This document shows, piece after piece, positions 10,075 through 22,886 of a DNA stretch of 44,742 bases. The position numbers and the translations under genes were made by a program. The notes beneath the pieces are model-generated. The model was given only the letters and a program-made list of their open reading frames with translations. It was not told the origin of the DNA and ran no database searches. Source of the stretch: a virus (Duplodnaviria > Caudoviricetes); IMG/VR virus record IMGVR_UViG_3300005077_000032, positions 1 through 44,742 of that record. The stretch is one strand, 5' to 3'. Each line of letters begins with the position of its first letter. Position 1 is the stretch's first letter.

Positions 10075-11291
10075 TGGCACAGGTATTGTACACATTTGGA
10101 CAAGTTGAAGACATTGCTCCATTCAATCAATTCACAACGATTGCGAGATTGAGCAATTATGCGATTTTTCAAGACAATCTAAACAATTCATTGACTTCGG
10201 ATCTTGAGAAATCATTCCAGTATGTTCAGGTGGTTGGAGAGGGAATGTCTGTTTCTGGAATGATGCAGAAATATGAAAATTTGATGAATGATCCGAATCG
10301 ATACAAGGAATTGATGACCATTCCGGTTGTCACCGTAACAATTCCAACGGAAAATGTTCTTCCGACAACGATCAGTTGCCTTCCATTGTTTGCCGACATT
10401 ATCAAGGCTCCTCAAAAGGGACAATGAGTTTACATCATGGGAATTCCAAAATCAATGTTAGGAATGAATCGAGACGATGGATACATGTTCTATTACATAC
10501 CGTATTCATATTTCTTCAAAACATCAAATAATTTTTATTCCATCACTCCAGACAATGCTGAAACTGGACAGAACGCAAGAAACATATTGTGACCAAGAGA
10601 GGGTTCTACTATCTTTTCCAATGAGAATGGAACTTCATATATTCAATTGGACAACAACGACATTCTCATGTCTTCTGGATATGTTGATTTGGCTGCGAAC
10701 AACAAGAATGTGATAGATACAAAATATGAACAATTTCGCAGAATAAATCCTGTAAATCAGCTTGATGCTTTTATTTACATATCGAAATACAATCGACTTT
10801 GAGAAGAATTGTTGTTCAATTACTTAAAGGAGTTGTATGAAACAAATCAAAATGAACGAATAAATACATACATTGAAAAGCTTTTGGGTGCTAAATCATT
10901 CGAAGAAAGATTGAGAGTTATCTTCAACATAAATCTTTCAAGAAAACCAGCATATGATTACGCACAATCTCCAGAAGAAACGAATGATGAAAACGACAAA
11001 GACTCTGGAATTGCCATCGTTGCAAAAAATATATATTTGACATCTCAGACTCCCGAAGCTCGTTACCATGCAGGGAGAGGGGATCGCATCTTGGACTTGC
11101 TGACAGGTATTGTAATGCATTTGGAGAATGTGAACAGGATGATTCAGAGTCATCAACATTTAGGAACTCCGGCATCCGTCTTGACTCCTGATCCAAGTAC
11201 GATTTCAACCATTGCTCAACTCAACACTTCACTAGCTCAAATAAAAGGAAAGCTCGAATCCATTCTATCTCCTAATATTTTCATATCATAA
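10074..11291 (+). CDS. Baseplate central spike/hub protein (gp5/VgrG-like)
   Basis: OB-fold-like CLPLFADIIKAPQKGQWVYI; C-terminal RGDRILDLL...SHQH (HxH tip motif); adjacent to the gp25-like gene. Confidence 0.68.
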
Positions 11292-11323
11292 ACTATATAT
11301 TTGTAAACGGAATTATATGAAAA

Positions 11324-11860
11324 ATGATTAAAGAACCATTGGATTCAGAACTAGCTTTAATTGATCCAAATAAGTTAAATGTACTAAATCCACCAAAAAC
11401 AGAACTTGAGTCCAAACTCAGTTTGTTGTATGTCATGCTCAATACAAGAGAGGGTGAATGAATATATAACAACGATTTTGGAATCAATTGAACTTCCATA
11501 TTGCCAGAAAACATGACGGATGAAGGTATTCGATCATTCGAATATAGTGTTGTGGAAGTTGTCAACGAAAAGCTTAAAAAATATATTCCAGATTTCAGAG
11601 TAAAAGATGTTGAGGCATATGTGGCAACGAATGTTACCTATGTTGAATCTGGAGTTGTTGTCATGATGACATTTCTTTATAACAATAAGTTTGTGACGGA
11701 TTCGATTACATTGATCAAGTGAAACAGTCAATTTGGAACCTTGTTTGGAAATGTAAGAAAATGAAGTCCACAAGAAGGAGATTCTGGAAATGGTCTTGGA
11801 AATCGAGTCATTTTGAACTTGATTGATACAATAAATGAACAATTGAAGCAAGCATTTTAA
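11324..11860 (+). CDS. Baseplate wedge subunit, gp25/GPW-like
   Basis: LNTREGEWIYNNDFGINW motif (both W are TGA) and LKKYIPDFRVKDV. Confidence 0.75.
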
Positions 11861-11875
11861 GGAGAATAATAAAAA

Positions 11876-12076
11876 ATGATAGACAAATGAATAGAATTGT
11901 TAAAGAAGGGCCACAGATTGACATTTACGGAAAGTTGAGAAACGGATGGAGCTACTATCTGAATGAATGATGCGAATGTTTTTGTCATTCAAAGAGGAAA
12001 TGATATAAAATATTATGATGAAGAGATGATAGAACACATTCTTGCAGGAATGCCTGAAAATCCAGACATAAGCTAG
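11876..12076 (+). CDS. Small hypothetical protein (weak DUF2829/Tad2-like N-terminus)
   Basis: MIDKWIELLKKGHRLTFTESW...; SD AAGGAG; 3 TGA. Confidence 0.55.
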
Positions 12077-12083
12077 GAGATTC

Positions 12084-13454
12084 ATGATGGAAATAATTCT
12101 TGAAGGTGTCAGGTCTGTCATAAAGAAATATAATGGAAAAATTAGTCCAACATTCATCAAATTGGTTGCTGACAAGGTTGATCCGTCTCCAACAAAGAAA
12201 TATACGGAATGATTAATAAAACAATGATGACTAATTTTTAGTGAAAAAGAAAAAGCAAATGCCTCGTGGCTGGCAGATTATGCAATCAAATATCCTGAAA
12301 ATTTTATTGTTTTTGTGAGAAATTGAGCTGATGTCATATCGAAATATTATGAACTTTGCAAAAATAATGTTTTAAAAGGAAAGGAATCTGATATTTATTC
12401 AATTGATAGTTTGCCGGAATTGAGAAGGGTTGTTGATGATGCATGGATTAAATGAAAATCCAAGAGCGAAAAAGTCAACAAATATGATTTTAATAATTGA
12501 TTGATTGTGATTCCATCAAACAAAATTCAATCTATAATATATGGGCAACACACAAAATGATGCATATCGTCATCAATTTTAGGTAATCAATTTGATGAAT
12601 ATAATGAGAAAAATTATATTTTCATTTTCATAAACAAGAATACAAATTCAAAATATGCCGTATTGTTGAATCGAAACATGCCATGAACATATGCAATATG
12701 AAATGAGTTGGATGATAGACTTCCTAACTCATTGAATCAAATATTTGGAATTACTATAGAAAAATTAATGGATTTTTATAGATCTGCCAACAATGTTCAA
12801 CATGAATTGTATAAAAAATATGTTGATTCTGGATTGATATCGACATTCGAATTTCATTATGGAAAAATGAAGAATGATGATACCATAGTTTTATCGGAAG
12901 AAGTATCCTTGGATGGAATTCGAGTACCTTCGGCTCAATTGATAGGAAAGAAAAAGAAAGAATACGGTAATCGAAATATTCATAAATTTGCAGAATGATT
13001 ATCGAAATACATAGAGGTTTGCACGGTAAAGTTTGATACAAAATATTCTGGAGCCGCCTATGATGATGAAACGGATATTATTTACATAAATCCATTCTAT
13101 TACAGATCTGCAAATAGATTGGAAGATGTGTTGAGACATGAATTGACTCATTATGTTCAGACAAAGAAATCAAAAGGAAAAATGGGTCAAAATTATAAAG
13201 GTGGGCCAACGAATACAAGAAAATCAGATATTATTTATGCATTGCAAGATGCCGAAATTGGCGCTAACGCTATTCAATGAGCATTGAGAGGTCATGAAAC
13301 ATTTGAAGATGCTTTGGAAAAAGAAAGTCCATTCTTAAAGTTTACAATCAATTGAGAATGAGACAGGTTAACAAAAAATGAAAAAATTTGGATAAATAAG
13401 CAATGAAAGAAATTCAGAATGCAATTTTACAATCAAAAGGCAAGGAATGAATAA
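12084..13454 (+). CDS. DPxPxKKY/WC module fused to a C-terminal HExxH zinc metallopeptidase
   Basis: DPSPTKKYTEW...YGQHTKWCIS; then GAAYDDETDIIYIN...VLRHELTHYVQ (13137)...DAEIGANA; SD AGGAG. Confidence 0.8.
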
Positions 13455-14419
13455 TGGACATTCATAATATATTGATACAAGAAGTCATTGACATGAGTGA
13501 AGTACCATTTCCAGACATTGAAGACATATTAAAGTATGTCAAGATGGATTTGAGATTTAATCGAATCATTGGATCTGTGAAGAAGTCGTTCACAGAAACA
13601 TATTTAAGTAATTTCTATAAGGAAATGGATCTTAAGTTCAAAATAACATACAAAAAAGGAAAAGGTTATTCCAAATCTGGAAGGTTTAGTTTTGTTCATG
13701 ATTCTTCGAGTGTGATATTTATAGAAACAACCTTTCCACCAAATCCAAATCCAGAATACATTGCTACAATGATAAGGAGAGTGTTGATTCATGAAATGGT
13801 ACATTCTGTTCAATATTCAAAAAAGCATTCAGAAAGAATTGAAAAATTATATCAAAATTATCATTCTCCAAAAAGTGACGATAATTTGAAAACAATAAAT
13901 TATTACATGCAACACGCTGAACGAGGTGCGGAAATGTATGCTATGGCAAGAATGTATTTTAAAGATCCAGAAGCAGAAAATTTTCATAAATGTTTTAAAG
14001 AAACATATCCAAAACTCATCGATGCAATAAATGATGTTTGACCATCATTAAGCAATATGCAAAAGAAAAAAATTAAATCATCGCTTGAAAGAATGAGAAG
14101 AGAATATTTAAATCAATTGTACAATTTGCAAAAGAAATATGGAAAGGTAAATGAAGAAATGCTAGGAGGAAGCACGATTCCTAGAAATTCTGGAAGAGGT
14201 TTTTATCCATATAATACTGAACCCAAAGAGGATGATACGATGAATCATTACATGAATCTTTTAAGAAGAGGAAGAAGGCTGAAAATCATGGACGAAGATC
14301 CCTCGGAAAAGTATCTTGTAATGAAAGATAATAAGTTTTATGTTCTTTATTTGCCGACACAAGAAACAACTCCTGTTGATATGAATTTTATCATGAGCAT
14401 TACTTTGGACGAGGAATAA
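13454..14419 (+). CDS. HExxH zinc metallopeptidase (zincin) with C-terminal extension
   Basis: VLIHEMVHSVQ (13790)...YYMQHAERGA; joins two supplied ORFs across TGA 14039. Confidence 0.78.
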
Positions 14420-14424
14420 AATAA

Positions 14425-16155
14425 ATGATAATAAATGAAATTCTCAAAGAAAAATTTGATTATCTTGTAAAGAATAAAATCATTAAAGGAAAAGTTGCAG
14501 ACATTCGATCTTATGAAAGTGAAGATCAATTGTCATGATTCTTGGAAAAATTTGATGATCAGATTATGACAGCAAAAATGGAAGAAAGGTTGAATTCTTG
14601 GCAAGAACAATATCCAAACAAGAAAATAATCTTTGTTGGATTTGGAAACTGGATCAGTCTTGAAAATGATCTTTGACCTTGAAGAATGGAATTGTGGCAC
14701 AGAGATGTTGAAAATCGAATAGCTGATATTGTTTTCAATCAAAAGAAATTGCAAGGAAAAGTTTATTTGAATATAATTTCTACAAGGCTTGAAAAGAAAT
14801 ATCAAGGTCGTGCATATGGAAATTTATTATATGAAACATTGCTGGATCTAAGTCAAGATGGATTGATCATAGATACGACGAAGAGATCAAATGTCGGAAT
14901 GGCTTCAGATATATGGAAGAAATTTGGTGGTAAAAAGTTTGGTGAATATATTATCATTCCAAAATCGATCAATGAATCCGTTAAAACAGCTATTAAAAGA
15001 TTTGGTCATATTTATGGAGAAGATCTCATTCGAAGGATGGCTAATGCTTTAGATCCAACACCAATAAAAAAATATATTGAATGAGTATGTAAACAATATT
15101 TAAATGATATACCTAATATTAAATATTTTGAAAAACAAGGAGATCTTCAAAATTTTTTTAATTCTGATCTAAAGCTATTTTCAAAATTTGAAGATTTGAT
15201 AAAAAGGAATATTGTTACTGGAAAAGAAGCCGATATTAATTCGTATAAAAACCATCAAGAGCTTTTTCAATTTTTGTCAGAAAAGGAGATGGTTATAACT
15301 CGTTCACAAATAAAAAGAGAGTTTTCAAAAGTAAAAAACAAAACAATTGAAAATGGAAATATGATTATATTGATATCAAATGAAGAAGAGGCAAAAAAAT
15401 ATGGAAAGGGAACAAAATGATGCATATCGGCAGAAGAAGATAATCAATTCAATACATACAGATATGGTTCTAGAATATATACAATTTATTTTATAATTAC
15501 AAAAAACAATGAAAAATATGCAGTTTTGATTCCTCAAAAATTAGATGATGATTTTTCTATATGCGATGCACAAGATGATAAAATAGAGTATGATGTAAAT
15601 TTGTCGCAATCAAAAGTTCTTAAAAGATTGGGAATTTCATGAAGAAATTTTAAATATGTTCCTCTTTCATATGATGAATTGATTTCTATTCCCGGCGCAT
15701 TGGCTCGTGCAATTCTTCGTTTAAAAAGAATGCCAAAAGGCGAAAGAAAAAATGAAATGTTCGAAAAAGTCATATTAAATTATAAAGTAAAAAACATGAT
15801 ACCGATGCTTATATGTAGATATGTGGAAGCAACAGAAGAAAGATGACCAGAAATTGAAGAGATGATATTCGATTCAGGTTATTGTTTTAAATATGCAGAA
15901 AATTTAAAAATGAGACTTTCGGATGAAATAGAAAATAAATGATTACATCACGATTGAAAAAATGAAAATAATTTTTCGTGATTTTTGGATAATATTCCGT
16001 ATTATTGTGTTCGTGGAAGAAAACAAAGATGACCAGAAATGGAAAAAGTATTTCCAATATTTTGAAGCGAAGCTTATTGTCATTTTTTTGATATTGACAA
16101 TGACGAACAAGAAAAGCTGAATTTAAAATATGATGAAATCTTTAAACAAAAATAA
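14425..16155 (+). CDS. Mosaic protein: partial module + GNAT-like domain + full DPxPxKKY/WC module + RWPExE helical repeats
   Basis: GKVADIRSY; LEKKYQGRAYGNLLY...ASDIWKKFG; SINES linker; DPTPIKKYIEW...YGKGTKWCIS; ERWPEIEE and QRWPEMEK. Confidence 0.75.
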
Positions 16156-16197
16156 CAAAATTAAACTAAATATAAGTATATAAAAGGAAAAATATCG

Positions 16198-18066
16198 ATG
16201 GATCGAAAAACATTACAAGGATTTGATTATACTTCATTCAATGACTTCTCTTCTGCAAAAGCTGAATTGGAGAAGTTTTTGAAGAGGTTTTATCCTGATA
16301 CTTATAAGAATTATATGAGTGGTGCCGCTGGCGCACCTGTTGTTGATTTATTCGCATTTGTTGCAGATGTATTGAACTTTTCACAAGGACAATATTTTAA
16401 TCAAGTTTTTCCACAAACGGTAACGGATTATCAGTCTGCTGTCAATCTTGCTCAATGAAGAGGATTGAAAGAAATAGGTGCTTCACTACCATGAGTTGAA
16501 ATAAATGCTACGATAACAGTTCCAGCAAGCGCAAACACGATATACAAAGATCAAATTCCAAAAATATTATCTGGAGCTACATTGTTGTCGAGAGACTCAA
16601 GAGTTCAGAATTTTTATTTATCTAGCAATATAGATTTTACAAAGACCGATGAATCAGAATGAACAAAATATTACAATACAGATGGAACATTAAAGCAAGT
16701 AGACATTCCAGCAAGAGGATTTGCAACAACATACGAAGCAAAGGTTGTTAATCATACCATTACAACTCCAAATAATGAATTTCAAAAATTTTATGAAATA
16801 AACCTTCCAGACGAAAATGTTCAACAGATCATGAGCGTTGAGGACGATGATGGAAATATTTATTATGAAGTTGCTTATTTAGCTCAAGATACAATCTATG
16901 ATTTTCAATTAAATGACAACGATGTTCAGGACAATATTCCGTATTTAATTTTTGAAAAGAGAGTTCCAAGAAGATTCATTAGAAAACAATATGTTGGATC
17001 TGATGGTTTGCTTTATACAAAAATTGTATTCGGAAATACAAACGAAACAAATTATAATCAATCTTTATTCTCAATAAATCCGAATGACCTTGTGCTTCCA
17101 ACTCAATTGGCTGGACTTGCAGCAAATTCAATTTCTATTCAAAAGCTTGCCAACAAAGAATATGATCCAAACAATCTATTATCAGTTGATTCGTTAGGAA
17201 TAGCTCCAACTGTTGGAAACATCATAATCATAAAATATTTGGTAGGTGGTGGATCTTTAAAGGTTGAAAGTGGGAAGTTAAATAGAATTCAAAATGTGAC
17301 ATGAAGCTGAATAAATCAAGACAATAGTGTTCCAATTATTGCTTCCTTGAAGGTCAATAATGATAATCCTGCCATTGGAGGAAAAGACAAGATGTCGATT
17401 GAAGAAATAAAGAATTCATTGTTGCAATATTCTGAAACTCAACAAAGAGCGGTTACGCAACAGGATTATATGTCATTGATTCGATTTATGCCAACTTATC
17501 TTGGAAGACCAGACAAGGTATTTGTTACTAGATCCGATGAGGTTTTAGACCCATTCAAATTCTATGCATATCTATTGTCAATAGATAACAATGGATATTT
17601 TATAGATCCAACTTCAAATGCTGCATTTATTCATAATTTGAGATTATACTTAAAAAGATATAAGGGATTGAATGATCTTGTTGTAATAAAGAAGGGATTG
17701 GTTGCCAATGCAATAGTTGAATGCAATATATTGATAAACAGAGGATACAACGCATCTCAGGTTTCATACAATGCAGCATTGAAGGCAAAGGAATTCTTTA
17801 AGAAGGACAACTGAGATTTTGGAAAACATTTCTACACAGATGATTTGTTGCAATATTTGATGCAAAATGTAGAGGGTATTATAGGAGTGTCATCGATAAG
17901 AGCAAAGACTCCGACAGCTTTCTCTTCGAGATATCCGATGAATAGCTATTACAATGGATTGCAGTATGAACCAAAATTAAAGAGGTATTTTATACCACAG
18001 AATACAATCTTGGAAATTAGAGATTTAAACAAGGATATTATTATAAATGCAGAAACTCTCAAGTAA
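16198..18066 (+). CDS. Baseplate wedge subunit, T4 gp6-like (baseplate J family)
   Basis: DFSSAKAEL...YPDTYKNY...DLFAFVADVLNF; YYEVAYLAQD; PAIGGKD...QQRAVTQQDY; four supplied ORFs share one frame. Confidence 0.88.
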
Positions 18067-18511
18067 ACATGTACTGTTAGAAGATCCGCATAGAGCTATT
18101 ATTGATGCAGATTACTATAATGAATATCAAGCGGATGTTATTATTGTAATGGATAGAGAACTTTGTGCAATAGGACTGAGAAAGGAAAGTGTATTATTTT
18201 TAAATGACAAATCAAAAGAAATACCACAACACGAAAGATTTAAGTTTGTTACTCATGCTGATCTTTTAATTCAATGCAAAGAAGCATTTGGTGAATTTCC
18301 ATATTTAAAAGATGAAAACGATGGTGCTATTGGAAGAGGATGAATCATAAATAATATCTTATATATTGCTTGATGAGGAACTTATCAAGATATTCAAGGA
18401 ATGTGATATATGATAGATCGATATTTATTTAATAAATTTAATAGAGAAATTTATTTTTCATATGCAAAAGATGAACCATCATTAGAAGATGAATGAATAA
18501 GGGTAAAATAA
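18047..18511 (+). CDS. Hypothetical protein with N-terminal LLE motif (putative head-packaged cargo)
   Basis: HVLLEDP...THADL...GRGWIINNILYIAWW; ends at TAA 18509. Confidence 0.6.
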
Positions 18512-18513
18512 AA

Positions 18514-19923
18514 ATGATAATAAAGAAATATTTCAGCATCAAATATAATACTTTGTATTTTCCATTCAAAGCTGATGGTTCTGAGGATACTACTAGAATA
18601 GTGACAAAACTTCAGAACTATGGTGGAGAAAAGAGAATTGATGTAGGAGGTGGTGTTGTTGAAGATGATCAATTGACATATGGACTCTATTGCATGGCAA
18701 GAGGATTGGTTGGATTTGATACGAATGATCTCGATAGTTCAATTGCCGGAAAAAGTATAACTGCATATATAAGACTTTATAATTTAACACCACTTCCCAC
18801 AACATATACTCCATCTTCTTTGACGATAGAAGTCTATCCAATTACTGCATCATGAGACGCTGGAACATACACTTCAGCTAGTGCTGCAACTGGTACTTCA
18901 AACTGAGTGAGTAGAACACCTACTCAATCGTGAACTGTTACCGGAGGCATGGATGTTGATACTTCAATGTCATCTTCGGTATCATTGAGTCCCGGTAATA
19001 AAAATCTTGAATTGGATGTAACGAATCATATTATACATTCCTTAACTGGAGGAATTAGATATTATGGATTCTTATTAAAGCTTCCGAGCGCAATGGAATC
19101 GTCAACATCTGTTTCATATTGAAGAAAATCATTTTATATGGGAGATTTTTCAATTTTGTCGAACCTTCCTAGATTGGATATTGTTTATAATCAAATAATA
19201 GCAGACGATAGAGACAAATTAATAGCTGGATCTAGTGGAACTTTATATTTTTACAATTTCTTAAATGGAACTCCAACATCAATTAATTTTTCTGTTGCAA
19301 CCGCGCAGATAATAAATGAGAATGGACAAACGGTGGCTAGTTCCACAACAGTATCTCAGGATTCAAATTATACTGGATATTATAGTTCTGTGCTTACAGT
19401 TCCAATTTCATCGTGAGCCATGCAGAGAGATTTTAGAGATAAGTGAACATTTTCATTCAGCGATGGTTCTACCATATCAAAAGAAAATTACACAAAAGTT
19501 TTGGGGCCAGTCGGCGAAAGCTTCAATCAAAAAAATGTTGAAAACATGAATGTAATATTTGAAAAAGATGAATCATATAAAGATATTTTATGCAAGGTAA
19601 AATGAAATGAAAGAAAATTTATGTTCTTTAGAAGATCGTTTAATTATGAAAATGCTGAACTTTTTGTTCCTAATAATGCTTATTATAGAGTTTATACATT
19701 GGTAGAAGGATTGACGAGAGAAAAATGATATCAAAGTGATTGAGACAAGATGAGTTATGATAAGAACGGAAATTGATTTACAATAGATAAAACGAATTTT
19801 CCAATTGGAAAATTTTATATTGAATTTATGGTAAACATATTTGGAAATACATTGTATTATACAGATCCTAAGTGATATTTTACTGTTTCTGAAGATTTTA
19901 TAACAAATTCATTATATTGATAG
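18514..19923 (+). CDS. Virion structural protein with N-terminal DNRLRE-like beta-sandwich
   Basis: NYGG..IDVG...RGLVGFD...AYIRLYN...VYPITASWDAGT...NW..R...W...GG; located in the baseplate module. Confidence 0.65.
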
Positions 19924-19934
19924 GAGATTATATC

Positions 19935-20102
19935 ATGGCAATAGCGCAAGGACAAACACTACCACCACCAGCAGAGATACCGATTAACTTTGCAATAAAG
20001 TTTGCAGATATAAATGTAAACAGGGCAGTTCAAATTGAACCAAACAAAAGAACTGTGATATTGATTAATTTAACAAAAAACATTATAACTCCGGTAAAGT
20101 AA
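19935..20102 (+). CDS. Small hypothetical protein
   Basis: SD AGGAG at 19922; MAIAQGQTLPPP... Confidence 0.6.
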   Translation: MAIAQGQTLPPPAEIPINFAIKFADINVNRAVQIEPNKRTVILINLTKNIITPVK

Positions 20103-20103
20103 A

Positions 20104-22026
20104 ATGCCCAATTTAACTACAACTGTAAATTGAGAATTTAACGAACCGAATTCTAATTTTCGATTCGGTGATTCATTATATCTGTATGAATTTGTTGATG
20201 GATCATTTGTTTATAATACAGATGCTTCTAATGTAAGAGATGGTAGATTTACAATAAACTCTTCACAGCAATTTTTATCATTTTTTCATGATAATGATCC
20301 GTTAATTAGTCAGATTTCATTTGAAATTGGACAACCGTTTCAATTAACAATCAATGTTGATTGAGATCAAATTGATTGAGGATCTAATAGTTATTATGAT
20401 GTTTATATTGAAACTCAATATGTAATTACTGTTGCCGAAGGCGCACAACATAGTTTTGGAGAGTATCTTCAAATAAAATTATGAAAAGATGCAAGGTCAT
20501 TGCAAATTAATTATCTTGACATGTATATGTTTCCAAAAATGTTAGAAAATGATAAAGAAATGATATCTTATTATAGTGCTAGACAAAATGAAGTTATTAG
20601 ACTAAAAGCTATAGATTCATTTATTTTGAGATATAATTATAATGATTGAGTAACTTCGGGAAGTACATTAAACTGAAATTCTTCAACTCAAAATGTTAGT
20701 TTTTTAAGAGATTGGAATGATGAATCAATGTCTGCATATACATTGGAACAAAATATTCCATATTGACACGATAATACTCTTGTTCATGTAGATGGAATGT
20801 CGTGCAGCGCAAGAGATGCAAATGGAAATATATCAATTTCACCATGAGATAGCGCTTGGATTAAATTCACATCAACTGGATTGGCAGAAGTTATTATATC
20901 CTCTCCATTGACGGCAAATAAAAATATCAGAATGGTATTTTCTGTTAGTAATGGGCCAGTTATTGTTCCAAATTGAGTGGCAGAAAATTCATTAACATCT
21001 GAAAATCCTTCGTTTTTGCAATTCAGGCACGATTTGAGAAATGCTATATATGAAGCAATAGATCAAAAGGTTAGAGATACCATTTTAGATGAAGTTTCTA
21101 GATATACAAGATTTAGCGATGGAGATCCTTTAGAAAATTTCAATATCTATGTTGCAAACAATACAGAATTATTAAATAGAATTGATAATTACATTAAGCA
21201 ATTGGAATATGGCGTAGAGGGTGCAATGAATGCTTTAGGAGAGGAAGAAATTCAGAGTGTTTATACATCGTTATATGCAAGACTAAAGGAATGAGAAGCA
21301 AACTTGGGCCAATTGATAACTGAAACCTTGCAAAAAACTGTTGAAAATTATCAAAGGTCAGAAGAATTAGTTAATTTGCTTGAGCAAAGGGCAAAAAGTG
21401 AAACTTTAATTCAATATTCGACAACAATAAGTCAATATCCAATAGAAAAAATTGAATTTTGATTAAATTCTCAATATGGCGAACAATATTGAGATATTTC
21501 TCGATATGCAACAATAAAAAATGATCAATTAATGATAGAATTGCCAAAAATTTCAGAAATAACAGGAATTCAAACAATTGACAAGTTTGTTCCATGATAT
21601 ATTTACATATGACCAAAAAGAGAAATCATTTTGCAATATGAAGTTTTGGAAAATAGAAGAATTATCTTTGAAACCGACAAAGATTTAACTGATGTTTTAT
21701 GATCTACCATATATGATACCAATAATCAATCATACAAGATTGTAAATTATGAAGATGTTGAAAATCAAAGAGTATGGATTTTGGATAAAAATATAGATTC
21801 TAATGCGATAGGAAATCCATTGACAATTTATTATAATTATTTTGATCCACAAGCAATCAAGGTAGATATATCATGGTTGCATAACTATATACCTAAAGAA
21901 ATACCAATAGGATCATTGTATCAACCAAGTTCAGAAGAAATACCCGAAGAAATAGAAGAGACTCAAGTTGAAACCGAAGTAATTTCTAGATCCGCTCAAA
22001 AAGAATACAATAAGGAGATTTTCTAA
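20104..22026 (+). CDS. Hypothetical virion structural protein (640 aa)
   Basis: No TAA/TAG in frame; TAATG coupling downstream; baseplate context. Confidence 0.7.
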
Positions 22027-22886
22027 TGTTTGCACCAATTCTTTTAATAGAACATATAGAAGAAGTAAAGCGAATGCTTAAACAATATTTAGGAGATGAT
22101 AGCATGGCAGATGATATTATCTCTATAGATCCAACACCGGGAAAGGGATATTCAAATTGAATAGCTAAAATGTATATATTTTCAGATAAGGATGAATTTG
22201 ATTTATTATATGATTTAATTCCTGTATATTACGAATTGGTTAGAAGAAAAAAAATATTACCTCCTTATGCTGATATTTATAGAATTGAAAATATTAATCA
22301 ATTGTCAAATGTCATAACCAAAGCAAAAACAAACATTCAGACAAAAAGTAGATCATATACAAATTATGGAAAATCAGAAATTGTAACAAAAGAAACAGAT
22401 TGAATATACAAGGGAAAAAATATAATGGTTTTTGTTCCAAAAACACATAGATCATGATGTTATTGATTTCCTGATAGATGGTGTATAACTCATCAAAATG
22501 ACTTGTCGAGAGAAACTTATCATTCATATGTAGATACTCATGGATTTAAATGCATAGCTCTTGTTGATAAATCAAAACCAGAAGGTCATCATAAGAAATA
22601 TGTTTGTGTAACAAATTATAATGTGCAAATGCCAATTCCAAAAGGTGAAGATTTTAAAAAATATGTTAATATGGTAAGAAATTTAAATTTGAGGCAAGGA
22701 TGAACAGAAGAAGAAATTGGTGGTCACTTTGATACCTATGATTTTGGTCATGATTTAGATACAATGTCATATGAAATATCATTCGCTGATAATAACCATT
22801 CAAGAATTGCAAACAGTCCAGAAATGGTAGCTGAAATTCTACAACCATACTATGATGAAAAAATTAAACCGGAGTGATTTAAGTAG
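22026..22886 (+). CDS. Divergent DPxPxKKY/WC-module protein
   Basis: LLIEH...IDPTPGKGYSNW...PYADIYRI...FPDRWCIT (motif W is TGG at 22479). Confidence 0.72.

Noticed and set aside
4569-16155. CRISPR array or diversity-generating retroelement explaining the repeated motifs
   Set aside because: Repeats are protein-coding paralogs several hundred bp apart, with no regular spacers, no reverse transcriptase and no adenine-specific template/variable pair seen
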